A stretch of DNA of 64,000 nucleotides from Mucilaginibacter sp. (GCA_043739405.1 JAYUEE010000011.1:36708-100707), one strand, 5' to 3'; shown: positions 10,565-20,296, counted from the stretch's first letter. Made by a program: numbers and translations. Notes: a model not told the origin generated them from the sequence alone.

Positions 10565-12634
10565 ATGTTTAAAGGTATATTTCTCAGCGCCTTATTGGCG
10601 TTCTCCCTGGTTTTTGCAGCAAAAGCCCAGGATGATTCCGTACACTATGACCTGGGCAGGGTTTTGGTAAACAAAAGCGCAACTCAAACCACCAGCATAT
10701 CCGGCCATGATCTCGAAAAATACCAGGCCAGCAACCTCTCCGACGCCGTAAACGTTTGGCTTTACGGAACCTATTCCACATCGTCATCGATCATTTATGT
10801 GATCGACGGTAATATTATCAGCGATGTAAATGCCTACAGCATATTCGATATTGAAGAAATCACTCTTGTGCAAACCTCGGTAGCTCAGGTAAGCGGGGCC
10901 AGTCCGGGGCAACAGATGGTACTGATAAAAACGCGCAATCACCGGCCGGGGAAAAAAGGTATCGAGTTTAACGGGCAGAGTAGCCTGGTAAATCTCCGCG
11001 ACAAAGCCGGTTCAACAAACCGCCAGAGTTCCAACAATGTCTATAGTCAATATTATGTAGCAGCTTACCGGAATTTTAAAAAAGGCGATATAGGCGCATC
11101 AGCAGAATATCAGCACGATGTCGATCCGTCTCTTAACGGAAGTGGTTTGGACCTGCTGGTACCATCCAATTATAATCGGCTAAAGTTTAACACATTTGCC
11201 AATGATACATTATGGAAAGGCACCACCCTGGTATTTGGGACGAGTTTTGTTCCGCAGGTGAATAATTCTTCTTATAGTCTTGATACGCTTATTGGGAGTC
11301 CGTCTAAAAACGAACATAGCGACGCCATTAGCCATGTATCGCAGCACTTACTCAATGTTAACATTAACCTCAAAAGCGACATCGCTAAGGGCCTGGCCAA
11401 TAGGTTCTCGGTAGCATATAATCACTATAACTATTTCGAGGAGGACGCAACCAATATGGCTGCCAATCCCAATGATACAGCAGGAAACCTAAGGGCGATC
11501 GACAGATCACATAATCTGCTGATACGCGACTATCTGTATTACCACGGGCAAGCCGGTAATTTCGACATCGAATCGACGGTAAACTTCACCTACCGTAACT
11601 TCGAAGATTCGTTAGACTACCGGTCGTCAACTTTGTATTCTGATGGTGTAAACCAGCCCGCCCTGTTCAATTCATTGCGGTATTTCGACGTCAGCTACAA
11701 AGCTCTCATGTTATCACCTTCGTTCAATATCTATTATAAAGAGATTTTTGATATGCAGGGTGGTTTCGTAGGGCTGTTAAATATACCGAAAGTGGCTACT
11801 CCTGGAACCTCCGCGAATCATATTTTCCCTTATTTTTCGAGCTCCCTCAATGTTGGAAAGCTGACGGGTATCAGCCTTATCAAATGGCGCATCAATTTTT
11901 CATTCGCCCGTCAAAGCCCGATACTTGCTGACAGTTACTCAAGCATGGCCAGTTTCAATTTGATTTCAAACTCAACGTTCCTGAACGATGTTCTAAGCAA
12001 TTTAAACCCTTACCAGCAATATAATAACTACCAGGCGGGCACGTCGGTTGGCATAACAAAAAACGTTTCGGTAAGCTACAGTTATGAGTACCGGTCATTT
12101 CACTCTCTCGCACAGGTGGTATTGCCGATCAATGTCGCCAATATAATTGGGTTCGTACCCTATAACTACAACACGCTCACAAATCATTTCAGCCTGAACT
12201 ATACCATGCATACCACGAAATTTACCTGGAACGCAACATTAAATGGTACCGAATCGGAGCTCAAGATAGTAGGCAATCCTGCGACTGTTCCGGCAGCCTA
12301 TTCGGCGTACTTAAGCAATGGTCATCGTTGGTCGGGCGGGTTCACCAACCGTATTACTTATAAAAATGTATTTACGGGGCTCGATTTTCTGTACCAAGCA
12401 GGCGAGCGCCCATTCAGCCTTTTAAATGCTGTGCCTACTGCTCAAGGTTACGTTGCCCCCTCAAACAATACATCTCTTACCCTGCAAAATGCTTATATAG
12501 GCGTGAGAGTCGCTATCCCATATATGAAATATGCGGAAATATATGCGAGCGGGCGCAATATACTACAAAACGGCAGTTCGGATATTACAGATAACCGCAG
12601 GTTCTATGGCGGCGGGGTAAAGCTCGGTCTATAA
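10565..12634 (+). CDS. Outer-membrane protein with TonB-dependent-receptor-like plug and beta-barrel (paralog A)
   Basis: 689 aa with a signal peptide (AAKA/QDD). Plug-like segment TTSISGHDLEKYQASNLSDAVNVWLYG...YVIDGNIISDVNAYSIFDIEEITLV...QQMVLIKTR. The long region of alternating residues ends GGGVKLGL. Confidence 0.7.
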   Translation: MFKGIFLSALLAFSLVFAAKAQDDSVHYDLGRVLVNKSATQTTSISGHDLEKYQASNLSDAVNVWLYGTYSTSSSIIYVIDGNIISDVNAYSIFDIEEITLVQTSVAQVSGASPGQQMVLIKTRNHRPGKKGIEFNGQSSLVNLRDKAGSTNRQSSNNVYSQYYVAAYRNFKKGDIGASAEYQHDVDPSLNGSGLDLLVPSNYNRLKFNTFANDTLWKGTTLVFGTSFVPQVNNSSYSLDTLIGSPSKNEHSDAISHVSQHLLNVNINLKSDIAKGLANRFSVAYNHYNYFEEDATNMAANPNDTAGNLRAIDRSHNLLIRDYLYYHGQAGNFDIESTVNFTYRNFEDSLDYRSSTLYSDGVNQPALFNSLRYFDVSYKALMLSPSFNIYYKEIFDMQGGFVGLLNIPKVATPGTSANHIFPYFSSSLNVGKLTGISLIKWRINFSFARQSPILADSYSSMASFNLISNSTFLNDVLSNLNPYQQYNNYQAGTSVGITKNVSVSYSYEYRSFHSLAQVVLPINVANIIGFVPYNYNTLTNHFSLNYTMHTTKFTWNATLNGTESELKIVGNPATVPAAYSAYLSNGHRWSGGFTNRITYKNVFTGLDFLYQAGERPFSLLNAVPTAQGYVAPSNNTSLTLQNAYIGVRVAIPYMKYAEIYASGRNILQNGSSDITDNRRFYGGGVKLGL

Positions 12635-12824
12635 CTCATAGTCTAAGCACCAATAAATATTCCCATTGTTACAAACCTGGTCGCGTTTTGTGAAAAAACC
12701 GCCACAGCGAACAAGCAAAACATCGAATAATGGCACTGGCATGAAATTTGGGTTGTGAGCGCAATTTGATACTTAATATAACTTAACCCTAACTTACTAT
12801 CAATCAACCACAACCCTCACAACA

Positions 12825-14909
12825 ATGTTCAAAAAATTGCTCCTTTCGGCTGTATTCGCCGTCCTGGTATTCTCTGTTGCCAATGCCCAGGATGATTCAC
12901 TGTATTATGATCTTGGTCGCGTACTGGTCAAAAAGAGTGGCACGCAAACCACCTCTATATCCGGCAAAGACCTGGAAAAATACCAGGTAAGCGACCTTTC
13001 CGATGCCATCAATGTTTGGCTTTATGGTACTTATACCACCAAAGCGTCCATTGTTTATGTGATCGATGGTAATATTATTTCCGACATCAACGCCTACAGT
13101 ATATTTGATATTGATGAGGTTACCCTGGTGCAAACCGCTGTAGCTCAGTCAAGCGGGGCTGCTGCGGGTCAGCAAATGGTTTTAATAAAAACCCGTATTG
13201 ACCGTAAAGGGAAAAAAGGAATAGAAGTGAACGGGCAAAATAGCCTCGTGAATGCACGCGATAGCCGCAACACCCTGGATGGTACCACGGGCAACAGCAG
13301 TGTTTTTAATGAATATTACGTAGCTGCTTACCGGAACTACAAAAAGGCGAATATCGGCTTAACGGCAGATTATCAGCGGGATGTAGATCCGGGCTCTAAC
13401 GGGGACGGTCTTGAATTCCTTGAACCGGCGCATTATAATCGCCTAAAACTTAACGCCTATGCGAATGTCAAACTGGGGAAGCATAGTATCCTGATATTCG
13501 GTGCTAATTATGTTCCGCAAACTAATAATCTTTCCTATAAAAAAGACACTACAGCGGCTTATACAGCGCCCCCGTTACCGGAAAACATCTTTTACAAAAG
13601 CCACGTATCGCAGCACATGACCAATGCCAATATCAACCTCAAAACCGATATTGCCAAAGGGCTCACCAACAGGTTCTCGGTAGCCTATAACCATTATAAT
13701 TATTTTGAAAGCGATTATCTTAGCGACGCTGTCGACACATTTACTAATAGGACATTGCCAAATTTTGCAGAGAACACGCATAATCTGCTGGTACGCGACT
13801 ACCTTACCTATCATAATTCGCTGCTCGACAGTTTAAAAATAAACTGGACGTTGAACATGACCTATCGGAATTTTGAAGACTCGTTAGCCTACCAGCAGAC
13901 CACTGTGTCTTTTACGCCGAATACGCCTACCTATTCAAATACATATGGTACGGGCACCCATTTCGCATATAAAAACTTCATGCTTACTCCTACTTTCGAC
14001 CTCTATTACAAGGAGGTTCTTAATGCGCAGGGAGGTTTCGTGAGTTTGCTGGACAAGGGCAAAGCCGGTCCCGGAACTGGCCCGGCAGGGCATTTTTTCC
14101 CTTTCTTTACTGCCTCATTCAACCCTGCGAAACTGCTTGGCATAACTTTTATCAAGTGGCAGATATATACTTCTTACGCCCGCCAAAGCCCGTTATTAGC
14201 TGATGATTATTCTACTTTGGCAGCATTCAACCTGATGGTACCTCCCGGTACGGTGCCATACAATCTGACGAACTTTAACCTATACCAACAGTACAATAGC
14301 TATCAAACAGGTACATCGGTAGGCATAACAAGAAATTTTTCCATTGTTTATAGCTATGAATATAAGTATTATCAGTACTACGCCGAAGACCCTAATGGTA
14401 ACTCGGACGTTAACGGGGGAATACAATATATCCCTTATAACGGGCGTGCTGTAACCAGCCGTTTTAGCCTGCACTATAACCTTCATGCACATAATTTTAC
14501 TTGGAATGCCGCTCTTAACGGTGCCGAAACACATTTGGAAGTGGTGGATAATCCGGCCCTGGCGGCCACCTTCAATGCAGCATACCTGAGTGCAGGGCAC
14601 CGCTGGTCGGGAGGGTATACCAACCGTTTTGAGATTGGAAATGTTTTTGCCGGCCTGGATTTTCTATACCAGGATGGCGCCCGTCCGGATAACCTCATCA
14701 ATGCTATTCCTACGGCAAATAATTTCATAGCGCCTTCAGCCAATGATTCGTTTACGTTGCAAAATACATACTTTGGTGTAAGGATAAATATTCCGCATAT
14801 GAAATTTGTTGAGCTATATGCAAATGGCCGGAATATATGGCAAAATAACAGTGCAAACATTGCCGACGGGCGCAGGTTCTTTGGCGGTGGTTTTAAAGCG
14901 GGTTTCTAA
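12825..14909 (+). CDS. Outer-membrane protein with TonB-dependent-receptor-like plug and beta-barrel (paralog B)
   Basis: 694 aa, colinear with 10565-12634. The plug region is nearly identical by eye. It ends in the OMP-typical aromatic residue (GGGFKAGF). Confidence 0.7.
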   Translation: MFKKLLLSAVFAVLVFSVANAQDDSLYYDLGRVLVKKSGTQTTSISGKDLEKYQVSDLSDAINVWLYGTYTTKASIVYVIDGNIISDINAYSIFDIDEVTLVQTAVAQSSGAAAGQQMVLIKTRIDRKGKKGIEVNGQNSLVNARDSRNTLDGTTGNSSVFNEYYVAAYRNYKKANIGLTADYQRDVDPGSNGDGLEFLEPAHYNRLKLNAYANVKLGKHSILIFGANYVPQTNNLSYKKDTTAAYTAPPLPENIFYKSHVSQHMTNANINLKTDIAKGLTNRFSVAYNHYNYFESDYLSDAVDTFTNRTLPNFAENTHNLLVRDYLTYHNSLLDSLKINWTLNMTYRNFEDSLAYQQTTVSFTPNTPTYSNTYGTGTHFAYKNFMLTPTFDLYYKEVLNAQGGFVSLLDKGKAGPGTGPAGHFFPFFTASFNPAKLLGITFIKWQIYTSYARQSPLLADDYSTLAAFNLMVPPGTVPYNLTNFNLYQQYNSYQTGTSVGITRNFSIVYSYEYKYYQYYAEDPNGNSDVNGGIQYIPYNGRAVTSRFSLHYNLHAHNFTWNAALNGAETHLEVVDNPALAATFNAAYLSAGHRWSGGYTNRFEIGNVFAGLDFLYQDGARPDNLINAIPTANNFIAPSANDSFTLQNTYFGVRINIPHMKFVELYANGRNIWQNNSANIADGRRFFGGGFKAGF

Positions 14910-14940
14910 AACACCTTTAACATTTTATTGTTGAGTAGGT

Positions 14941-15825
14941 ATGAAAGTATTACTTGCAGGTGCAAATAGCTATATCGGCGCCCGCCTTATCCCCTTTCTC
15001 CAGGAAAAAAGGCACCAGGTTATTTGCGTAGCAAGGGATAAGAAATACTTTTCGAATCAGAGCAAATACCAGGGGCTAACCGTTATTAACGGCGACCTCC
15101 TTCGTTCCCAAAGCATTGAGCCGTTTCCACAGGATATTGATGTTGCCTTCTACCTCGCAAACCGGTTGACGCAAACCTCTGGTTTCGCCGGGCTCGAAGC
15201 CCTTTCTGCTCAAAATTTCATGGATGCCCTCAATAAAACCTCGTGCGGCCAACTTATTACTGTAAGTGATATCAGTACTTCACGCAATCACATTGAAAAC
15301 ATCCTGGCAAACGGGAAAGCCTCTTTAACGGGCCTACAAACTTCAATGATTATTGGCGACGGCAGTATATCGCTTGAGCTTTTTGATGCGCTTACCCGCA
15401 ACGAACCCATCGTCATTACAAAATCCTGGGCCAATACGTCCATTCAGCCAGTTTTTATTGAGGATTTACTCGCTTGTTTGCACGATTGCTTGTCGAACAG
15501 CGCCACTTTTAACCGTAAATTTGATATCGGCGGCCCGCAGGTGCTTACCTTCAAGCAGATGATGCTGGTTTATATCGCCACTTATATTGAAGTAAAACCC
15601 GGGATTGTTATCCTCCCTTTTTTAAGTTCAAAGCTTGCATCGTACCTGGTCAATTTCTTATCCCCAACGAGCTACCCCGAGGCTCAAAACCTGCTGCAAA
15701 ATCTTAGTAATAATTCGGTGTGCGGCGATAGCCACATCAATGATGTCCTGCCACGCGAATATACCACATTCAAAAAAGCGCTCCGGCTGATCCATGACAA
15801 AACGGATGAAACCGTACTGATCTAA
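14941..15825 (+). CDS. Atypical SDR-like protein, shorter paralog of 8163-9608 with a degenerate dinucleotide-binding motif
   Basis: 294 aa. MKVLLAGANSYIGARL aligns with MKVLLAGANGYIGTRL of the upstream paralog, but the central Gly is replaced by Ser. The DUF2867-like C-terminal domain is absent. Confidence 0.65.
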   Translation: MKVLLAGANSYIGARLIPFLQEKRHQVICVARDKKYFSNQSKYQGLTVINGDLLRSQSIEPFPQDIDVAFYLANRLTQTSGFAGLEALSAQNFMDALNKTSCGQLITVSDISTSRNHIENILANGKASLTGLQTSMIIGDGSISLELFDALTRNEPIVITKSWANTSIQPVFIEDLLACLHDCLSNSATFNRKFDIGGPQVLTFKQMMLVYIATYIEVKPGIVILPFLSSKLASYLVNFLSPTSYPEAQNLLQNLSNNSVCGDSHINDVLPREYTTFKKALRLIHDKTDETVLI

Positions 15826-15846
15826 TTTTACGTACTTTCATAACGT

Positions 15847-16767
15847 ATGAAGAATCGTCCAGCCGATATACACATTTTGATTACCGGGGGTACAGGATCA
15901 ATCGGAAAGCTTTTAACCCTGGAACTGGTTGACAAAGGGTATCACGTAAGTCACCTGAGCCGCAAGCCCGGTAACAATCCTAATGTAAAAACTTTTTTGT
16001 GGGACGTGCCCAGTGGCAAAATAGATGAACATTGCATTGATGATGTTGATATCATAATACACCTGGCCGGCGCCGGCATTGCAGACAAACGATGGACCTA
16101 TAAACGCAAAAAGGAGCTGATTGAAAGTCGCACCAAATCAATCGAATTAATTTACGGTCTTATAAAAAGCAGGCCCAATAAAGTAAACTCCGTTATCTCG
16201 GCAGCAGCCGTTGGTTATTATGGCGACCGCGACAATGATTTGATGACCGAAAAAAGCGCAGCAGGTTCAGGCTTTTTATCCGAATGCTGTGTGGCATGGG
16301 AAAAAGCTATCGACGAGGGAAAACCCCTCGGTCTGCGGATAGTCAAATTCCGTACCGGTGTGGTGCTGGATAAAAAAGGCGGTGCCTTACTACCAATGGC
16401 TACGCCGGTTAAGTTATATGCAGGTGCGGCATTAGGAAGCGGCAAACAATGGATTCCATGGATACATTGGCAGGATGTGGTAGATATGTACCTGCAGGCC
16501 GTAACGGACATAAACCTTTCAGGAGTTTATAACATGGTTGCGCCCAACCCGGTAACCAATAAACAACTGATGAAGGCCATAGCCCAGCAATTGCACAGGC
16601 CATTGTGGCCAATAAATGTGCCGGCTTTTGTATTTAAATTACTTTTTGGCGAAATGAGCATGGTCATTTTGGCAAGCACCAAAGTATCGGCACAAAAGAT
16701 ACTCGATGACGGCTTTACTTTTAAATATCCTGAACTTGCAGACGCACTAAAGCAAATCTATGGCTGA
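15847..16767 (+). CDS. TIGR01777 (YfcH-like) epimerase-family SDR with DUF1731 C-terminus
   Basis: 306 aa with ILITGGTGSIGKLL and a C-terminal FTFKYPELADALKQIY typical of this family. The stop overlaps the photolyase start by 8 nt. Confidence 0.8.
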   Translation: MKNRPADIHILITGGTGSIGKLLTLELVDKGYHVSHLSRKPGNNPNVKTFLWDVPSGKIDEHCIDDVDIIIHLAGAGIADKRWTYKRKKELIESRTKSIELIYGLIKSRPNKVNSVISAAAVGYYGDRDNDLMTEKSAAGSGFLSECCVAWEKAIDEGKPLGLRIVKFRTGVVLDKKGGALLPMATPVKLYAGAALGSGKQWIPWIHWQDVVDMYLQAVTDINLSGVYNMVAPNPVTNKQLMKAIAQQLHRPLWPINVPAFVFKLLFGEMSMVILASTKVSAQKILDDGFTFKYPELADALKQIYG

Positions 16768-18073
16768 AACTCCTTTGATCAATATTTTCTGGTTCCGGCG
16801 CGATTTGCGGTTGAACGATAACGCCGGGCTTTACCACGCCCTCAAGGGGCATAATCCGGTACTTTGCCTTTTTGTTTTCGACCGCGAAATACTGGACAAA
16901 CTGGAGGATAAAAATGATGCCCGCGTTACTTTTATTCATCAAACCATTGAGCAGCTAAATCAAGACCTGGAAAAGCTGGGAAGCAGCTTACTGGTAAAAT
17001 ATAACACCCCTGAAAATGCCTGGGATGAAATATTGAAGGAATACAAAGTCGGAATAGTTTATTCCAATCATGATTATGAACCGTATGCTGCCAAACGCGA
17101 TAAGGCAATCGCAGCAAAACTAAAAAAGCATGATATCGATTTCAAAACCTATAAGGACCAGGTAGTATTTGAAAAGAATGAAGTGGCAAAAGATGACGGT
17201 ACTCCTTACACCGTTTACACCCCCTACATGCGCAAATGGTATCAAACCCTAAAGCCGTTCTATCTAAAATCTTATCCCACCGAAAAGTACTTCAACAACC
17301 TCTATAAGTTCATAAGCTCTGCTCTCCCTCCGCTGAAAGCTATGGGGTTTGAAAAGAGCAAATTAGAATTTCCCGACCAGAGTTATGAAAAAATAATAGC
17401 TGCTTATCGGGATAAAAGGGATTTTCCTGCAATTGAAGGAACATCACGTATTGGGCTGCACCTGCGTTTTGGCACGGTAAGCATCCGCGAACTTGCCCGT
17501 AAAGCCAACAGCTATCCTGAAAAAACATGGCTGAATGAATTGATTTGGCGCGAGTTTTATATGATGATATTATATCATTTTCCCCACACAATGGATCATG
17601 CGTTTAAACCGGAGTATGACCGTATTAAATGGGTAAACGACGAAAAGCAATATAAAGCCTGGTGCGACGGCCAAACCGGTTACCCGCTCGTTGATGCAGG
17701 CATGCGCGAGCTGAACGCCACGGGTTACATGCACAATCGTGTGCGCATGGTAGTTGCCAGTTTTTTGAGTAAGGATCTGCTCATTGACTGGCGATGGGGC
17801 GAACACTATTTGGCCCGAAAATTATTGGATTACGAAATGGCTAGCAACGTAGGCGGCTGGCAATGGTCGGCGGGCTGCGGAACGGACGCTGCGCCTTATT
17901 TTAGGATTTTCAGCCCTGATGCTCAACTCAAAAAATTCGACCCCGATTTTGCCTACCTAAAAAAATGGGTTCCGGAGTATGCTGATTTCAGCAAATATCC
18001 AAAACCCATTGTTGATCATGCCTTTGCCCGCGAACGCTGCCTAAAAGTGTTTAAGGAGGCGTTGAGCAAATAG
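16760..18073 (+). CDS. phrB: Deoxyribodipyrimidine (CPD) photolyase, class I type
   Basis: 437 aa with IFWFRRDLRLNDNAGL, WREFY, TGYPLVDAGMRELNATGYMHNRVRMVVASFL and GGWQWSAGCGTDAAPYFRIFSP. Confidence 0.88.
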   Translation: MAETPLINIFWFRRDLRLNDNAGLYHALKGHNPVLCLFVFDREILDKLEDKNDARVTFIHQTIEQLNQDLEKLGSSLLVKYNTPENAWDEILKEYKVGIVYSNHDYEPYAAKRDKAIAAKLKKHDIDFKTYKDQVVFEKNEVAKDDGTPYTVYTPYMRKWYQTLKPFYLKSYPTEKYFNNLYKFISSALPPLKAMGFEKSKLEFPDQSYEKIIAAYRDKRDFPAIEGTSRIGLHLRFGTVSIRELARKANSYPEKTWLNELIWREFYMMILYHFPHTMDHAFKPEYDRIKWVNDEKQYKAWCDGQTGYPLVDAGMRELNATGYMHNRVRMVVASFLSKDLLIDWRWGEHYLARKLLDYEMASNVGGWQWSAGCGTDAAPYFRIFSPDAQLKKFDPDFAYLKKWVPEYADFSKYPKPIVDHAFARERCLKVFKEALSK

Positions 18074-18991
18074 TTAGTTTGTAATTGCGGTTACAGTCAC
18101 TTCAAATCTTATGCACGCATTGGACGGAATGCTTGTGGTAACACCTGAGGATCCGGCCGCGCCATATCCCAAACGCGATGGAACTATCATTGAAATAGCT
18201 CCACCCGTTTTAAGCATTTGCAACCCTTCTCTAAAGCCCGAGGTGAGTCCGCTGATGTCTGTAAATGTAGCTGTAGTACTTACGTGGGTATTGTCAAAAA
18301 AGGCATTATTCATCAGCTGCCCTGTATAATTCATAGTCACAGTAGAGTTTAAATCAATAAGGGCACCGGTACCGGGCTTTATTATCTTATACCATAAACC
18401 ATCCGCTGTTCTTGTATAGCCTGTAAGGCTATTTGCGGTAAGGTAGTTTTGTATGACAGCATCATCGTACTTGTCTTGGTTATCTATCAACTCTATCGTA
18501 TAATCAAGGCATTGGTTACCGGCAATACGGCCGTTTGTAATGGTTTTGCTCCCGCTTCCCACACCATTTACACCGTAACCCAGGTGCGATGGGATAATTA
18601 CCCTCATCTTGCCGCCTTTATGTTTCAGTATGTTGCGGATAGCCAAAATCAGCCCGTTAGGTGCAAGGTGCCCCAGCAAGCCGTCAAAATGGTTAACTAC
18701 AGTATCGGTCGAATTGTTGAGCCCATCAAACGTTTTCATCGTATAAACAAAAGATAATTCCGTCGGGTAATCCACGACAGCGCCGGTGCCCGGCGTAATT
18801 ATTTTATACCAGATACCGGTGGTATCCTTTCCAGAGGTATCTTTTACCATATCAGTTATACCGTTAGCGGCAATATAGCTGGCTATCTGTTGCTGATCGT
18901 ATGTTTTTATATCAGGGTAATTTTTGTCTTTCCGGCACGCAGTCAAACCAATCGCTAAAAGTAGTACCAGGGTAAAAAGTATGGATTTCAT
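18074..18991 (-). CDS. FKBP-type peptidyl-prolyl cis-trans isomerase lipoprotein (two FKBP-like halves)
   Basis: 305 aa. Lipobox IGLTAC. Two repeats of the pattern G(I/L)WYKII.PGTGA ... GYG. Confidence 0.75.
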   Translation of the reverse strand: MKSILFTLVLLLAIGLTACRKDKNYPDIKTYDQQQIASYIAANGITDMVKDTSGKDTTGIWYKIITPGTGAVVDYPTELSFVYTMKTFDGLNNSTDTVVNHFDGLLGHLAPNGLILAIRNILKHKGGKMRVIIPSHLGYGVNGVGSGSKTITNGRIAGNQCLDYTIELIDNQDKYDDAVIQNYLTANSLTGYTRTADGLWYKIIKPGTGALIDLNSTVTMNYTGQLMNNAFFDNTHVSTTATFTDISGLTSGFREGLQMLKTGGAISMIVPSRLGYGAAGSSGVTTSIPSNACIRFEVTVTAITN

Positions 18992-18996
18992 TTATA

Positions 18997-19494
18997 TTAA
19001 TTCGTTACATTATAAAGTTGTATATCAAAATCCAGGATCGCGTTTGCAGGCAATCCCAAATTTGGCTGCGCATTGGGGCCGTATGCATAGCGCGATGGGA
19101 TAAGCAGCCTTACTATCCCTCCCGTATTTATTTTTGGTATGCCTAATTGCCAGCCCAAAATCACCTGCCCCAGTACATAGGATGGGTGAAAAGTATTGGT
19201 TTGTGTAAATATTGTCCCGGTACTTAGCAGCTTGCCTGTATCACCTACTGTTACCTGGGTAGACGTGGTGAACAAATCGTTCCCCTGCCCCTGCTGCAAT
19301 ACGATATAATAAACACCCGCCGTGTCGTTAACTTTTTTGGCTACCCCGGTCAAGTTTTTTTCAGCAATATAATTCGCCACTATCTTGTCGTCAATTGCGG
19401 CCTGTGCCCTGTACTGCGCCAAGCCGCTTTGGGTCTTTCCACACCCCGCCATCACAACGCAAAACAATAATATAGGCAATAACCACTTATTCAT
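18997..19494 (-). CDS. FKBP-type peptidyl-prolyl cis-trans isomerase lipoprotein
   Basis: 165 aa. Lipobox VVMAGC, then GVYYIVLQQGQG and LLIPSRYAYGP. Confidence 0.75.
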   Translation of the reverse strand: MNKWLLPILLFCVVMAGCGKTQSGLAQYRAQAAIDDKIVANYIAEKNLTGVAKKVNDTAGVYYIVLQQGQGNDLFTTSTQVTVGDTGKLLSTGTIFTQTNTFHPSYVLGQVILGWQLGIPKINTGGIVRLLIPSRYAYGPNAQPNLGLPANAILDFDIQLYNVTN

Positions 19495-19711
19495 TTATTT
19501 TTCACCGTTAATTTTTTTCTTAATGGTGGTGAAGCATCCATACCGCTGCGCGCGATGGGTGTTTCAACCGGCAAATTTATCGTTTTATAATTCAAAAACG
19601 ACAGCTTAACACTTTTTAACAAATTGGCATCAAAATGAGGGCTAAGCTATGGCCTGTATAATCGTTTTATCTGTTGTCAGCTCCTGGAATTATAACGAGC
19701 TGCTCTTGCTT

Positions 19712-20170
19712 TTATTTCAGGTTCTGTTCAGGCTTATAATTATTGGTGAGACGATTTATTTTCTTGAGCATATCGATCAGGTATTGCTTATCATGCTCAT
19801 TAATGTGCTTATTTAAGTAATTATTGAATTGTTTTACCACCACGCGGGCCAGGTGCCGTTTTTCTTTCCCCAATTCGGTAAGATATATTTTTACCGACCG
19901 TTTATCTCCCTGGTTCGATTCGCGGTATATCAAACCCGTTTCTTCCAGTTGGTTTAGCATTCGGGATAAACTAGTTGATTTAAGCCCAAGCAATGATGCC
20001 GCCTGAGAAACAGTTGTTCCCTCCTGTTCATCAATATTAATGAGCAGGTAACCGATAGATTGCGTAATACCAAATTCCGTCACAATCTGGTTGTACCTGT
20101 TGGCCATGGTTTGCCAACCAACCTTCAGAAAGTAGTCAATGGTTTCCTGGTGTTTTACCTGTGCGGGCAT
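19712..20170 (-). CDS. MarR family transcriptional regulator
   Basis: 152 aa with the winged-helix segment TVSQAASLLGLKSTSLSRMLNQLEETGLIYRESNQGDKRSVKIYLTELG. Confidence 0.85.
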   Translation of the reverse strand: MPAQVKHQETIDYFLKVGWQTMANRYNQIVTEFGITQSIGYLLINIDEQEGTTVSQAASLLGLKSTSLSRMLNQLEETGLIYRESNQGDKRSVKIYLTELGKEKRHLARVVVKQFNNYLNKHINEHDKQYLIDMLKKINRLTNNYKPEQNLK

Positions 20171-20296
20171 GCCTTATTTTTATAATTGTTGCAAGTATAA
20201 TATTTGTTGATGGTTCATAGTTCATAGTTCATGGATTTTTTGTCGGTAACCTATCGACTATTGACCTTACAATGAACCATCATCTATGAACTAACC

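Noticed and set aside
14941-15825. Calling the short SDR paralog a pseudogene.
   Set aside because: The frame is intact from a good ATG to a stop and aligns end to end with the Rossmann-domain half of its paralog. The spacing to its neighbours is operon-like. Only the glycine motif is altered.
18071-18076. Zero-nt spacing between the photolyase stop and the convergent FKBP stop, as a possible annotation problem.
   Set aside because: Both frames end in clean family-typical C-termini. Abutting convergent stops are unusual but legitimate.
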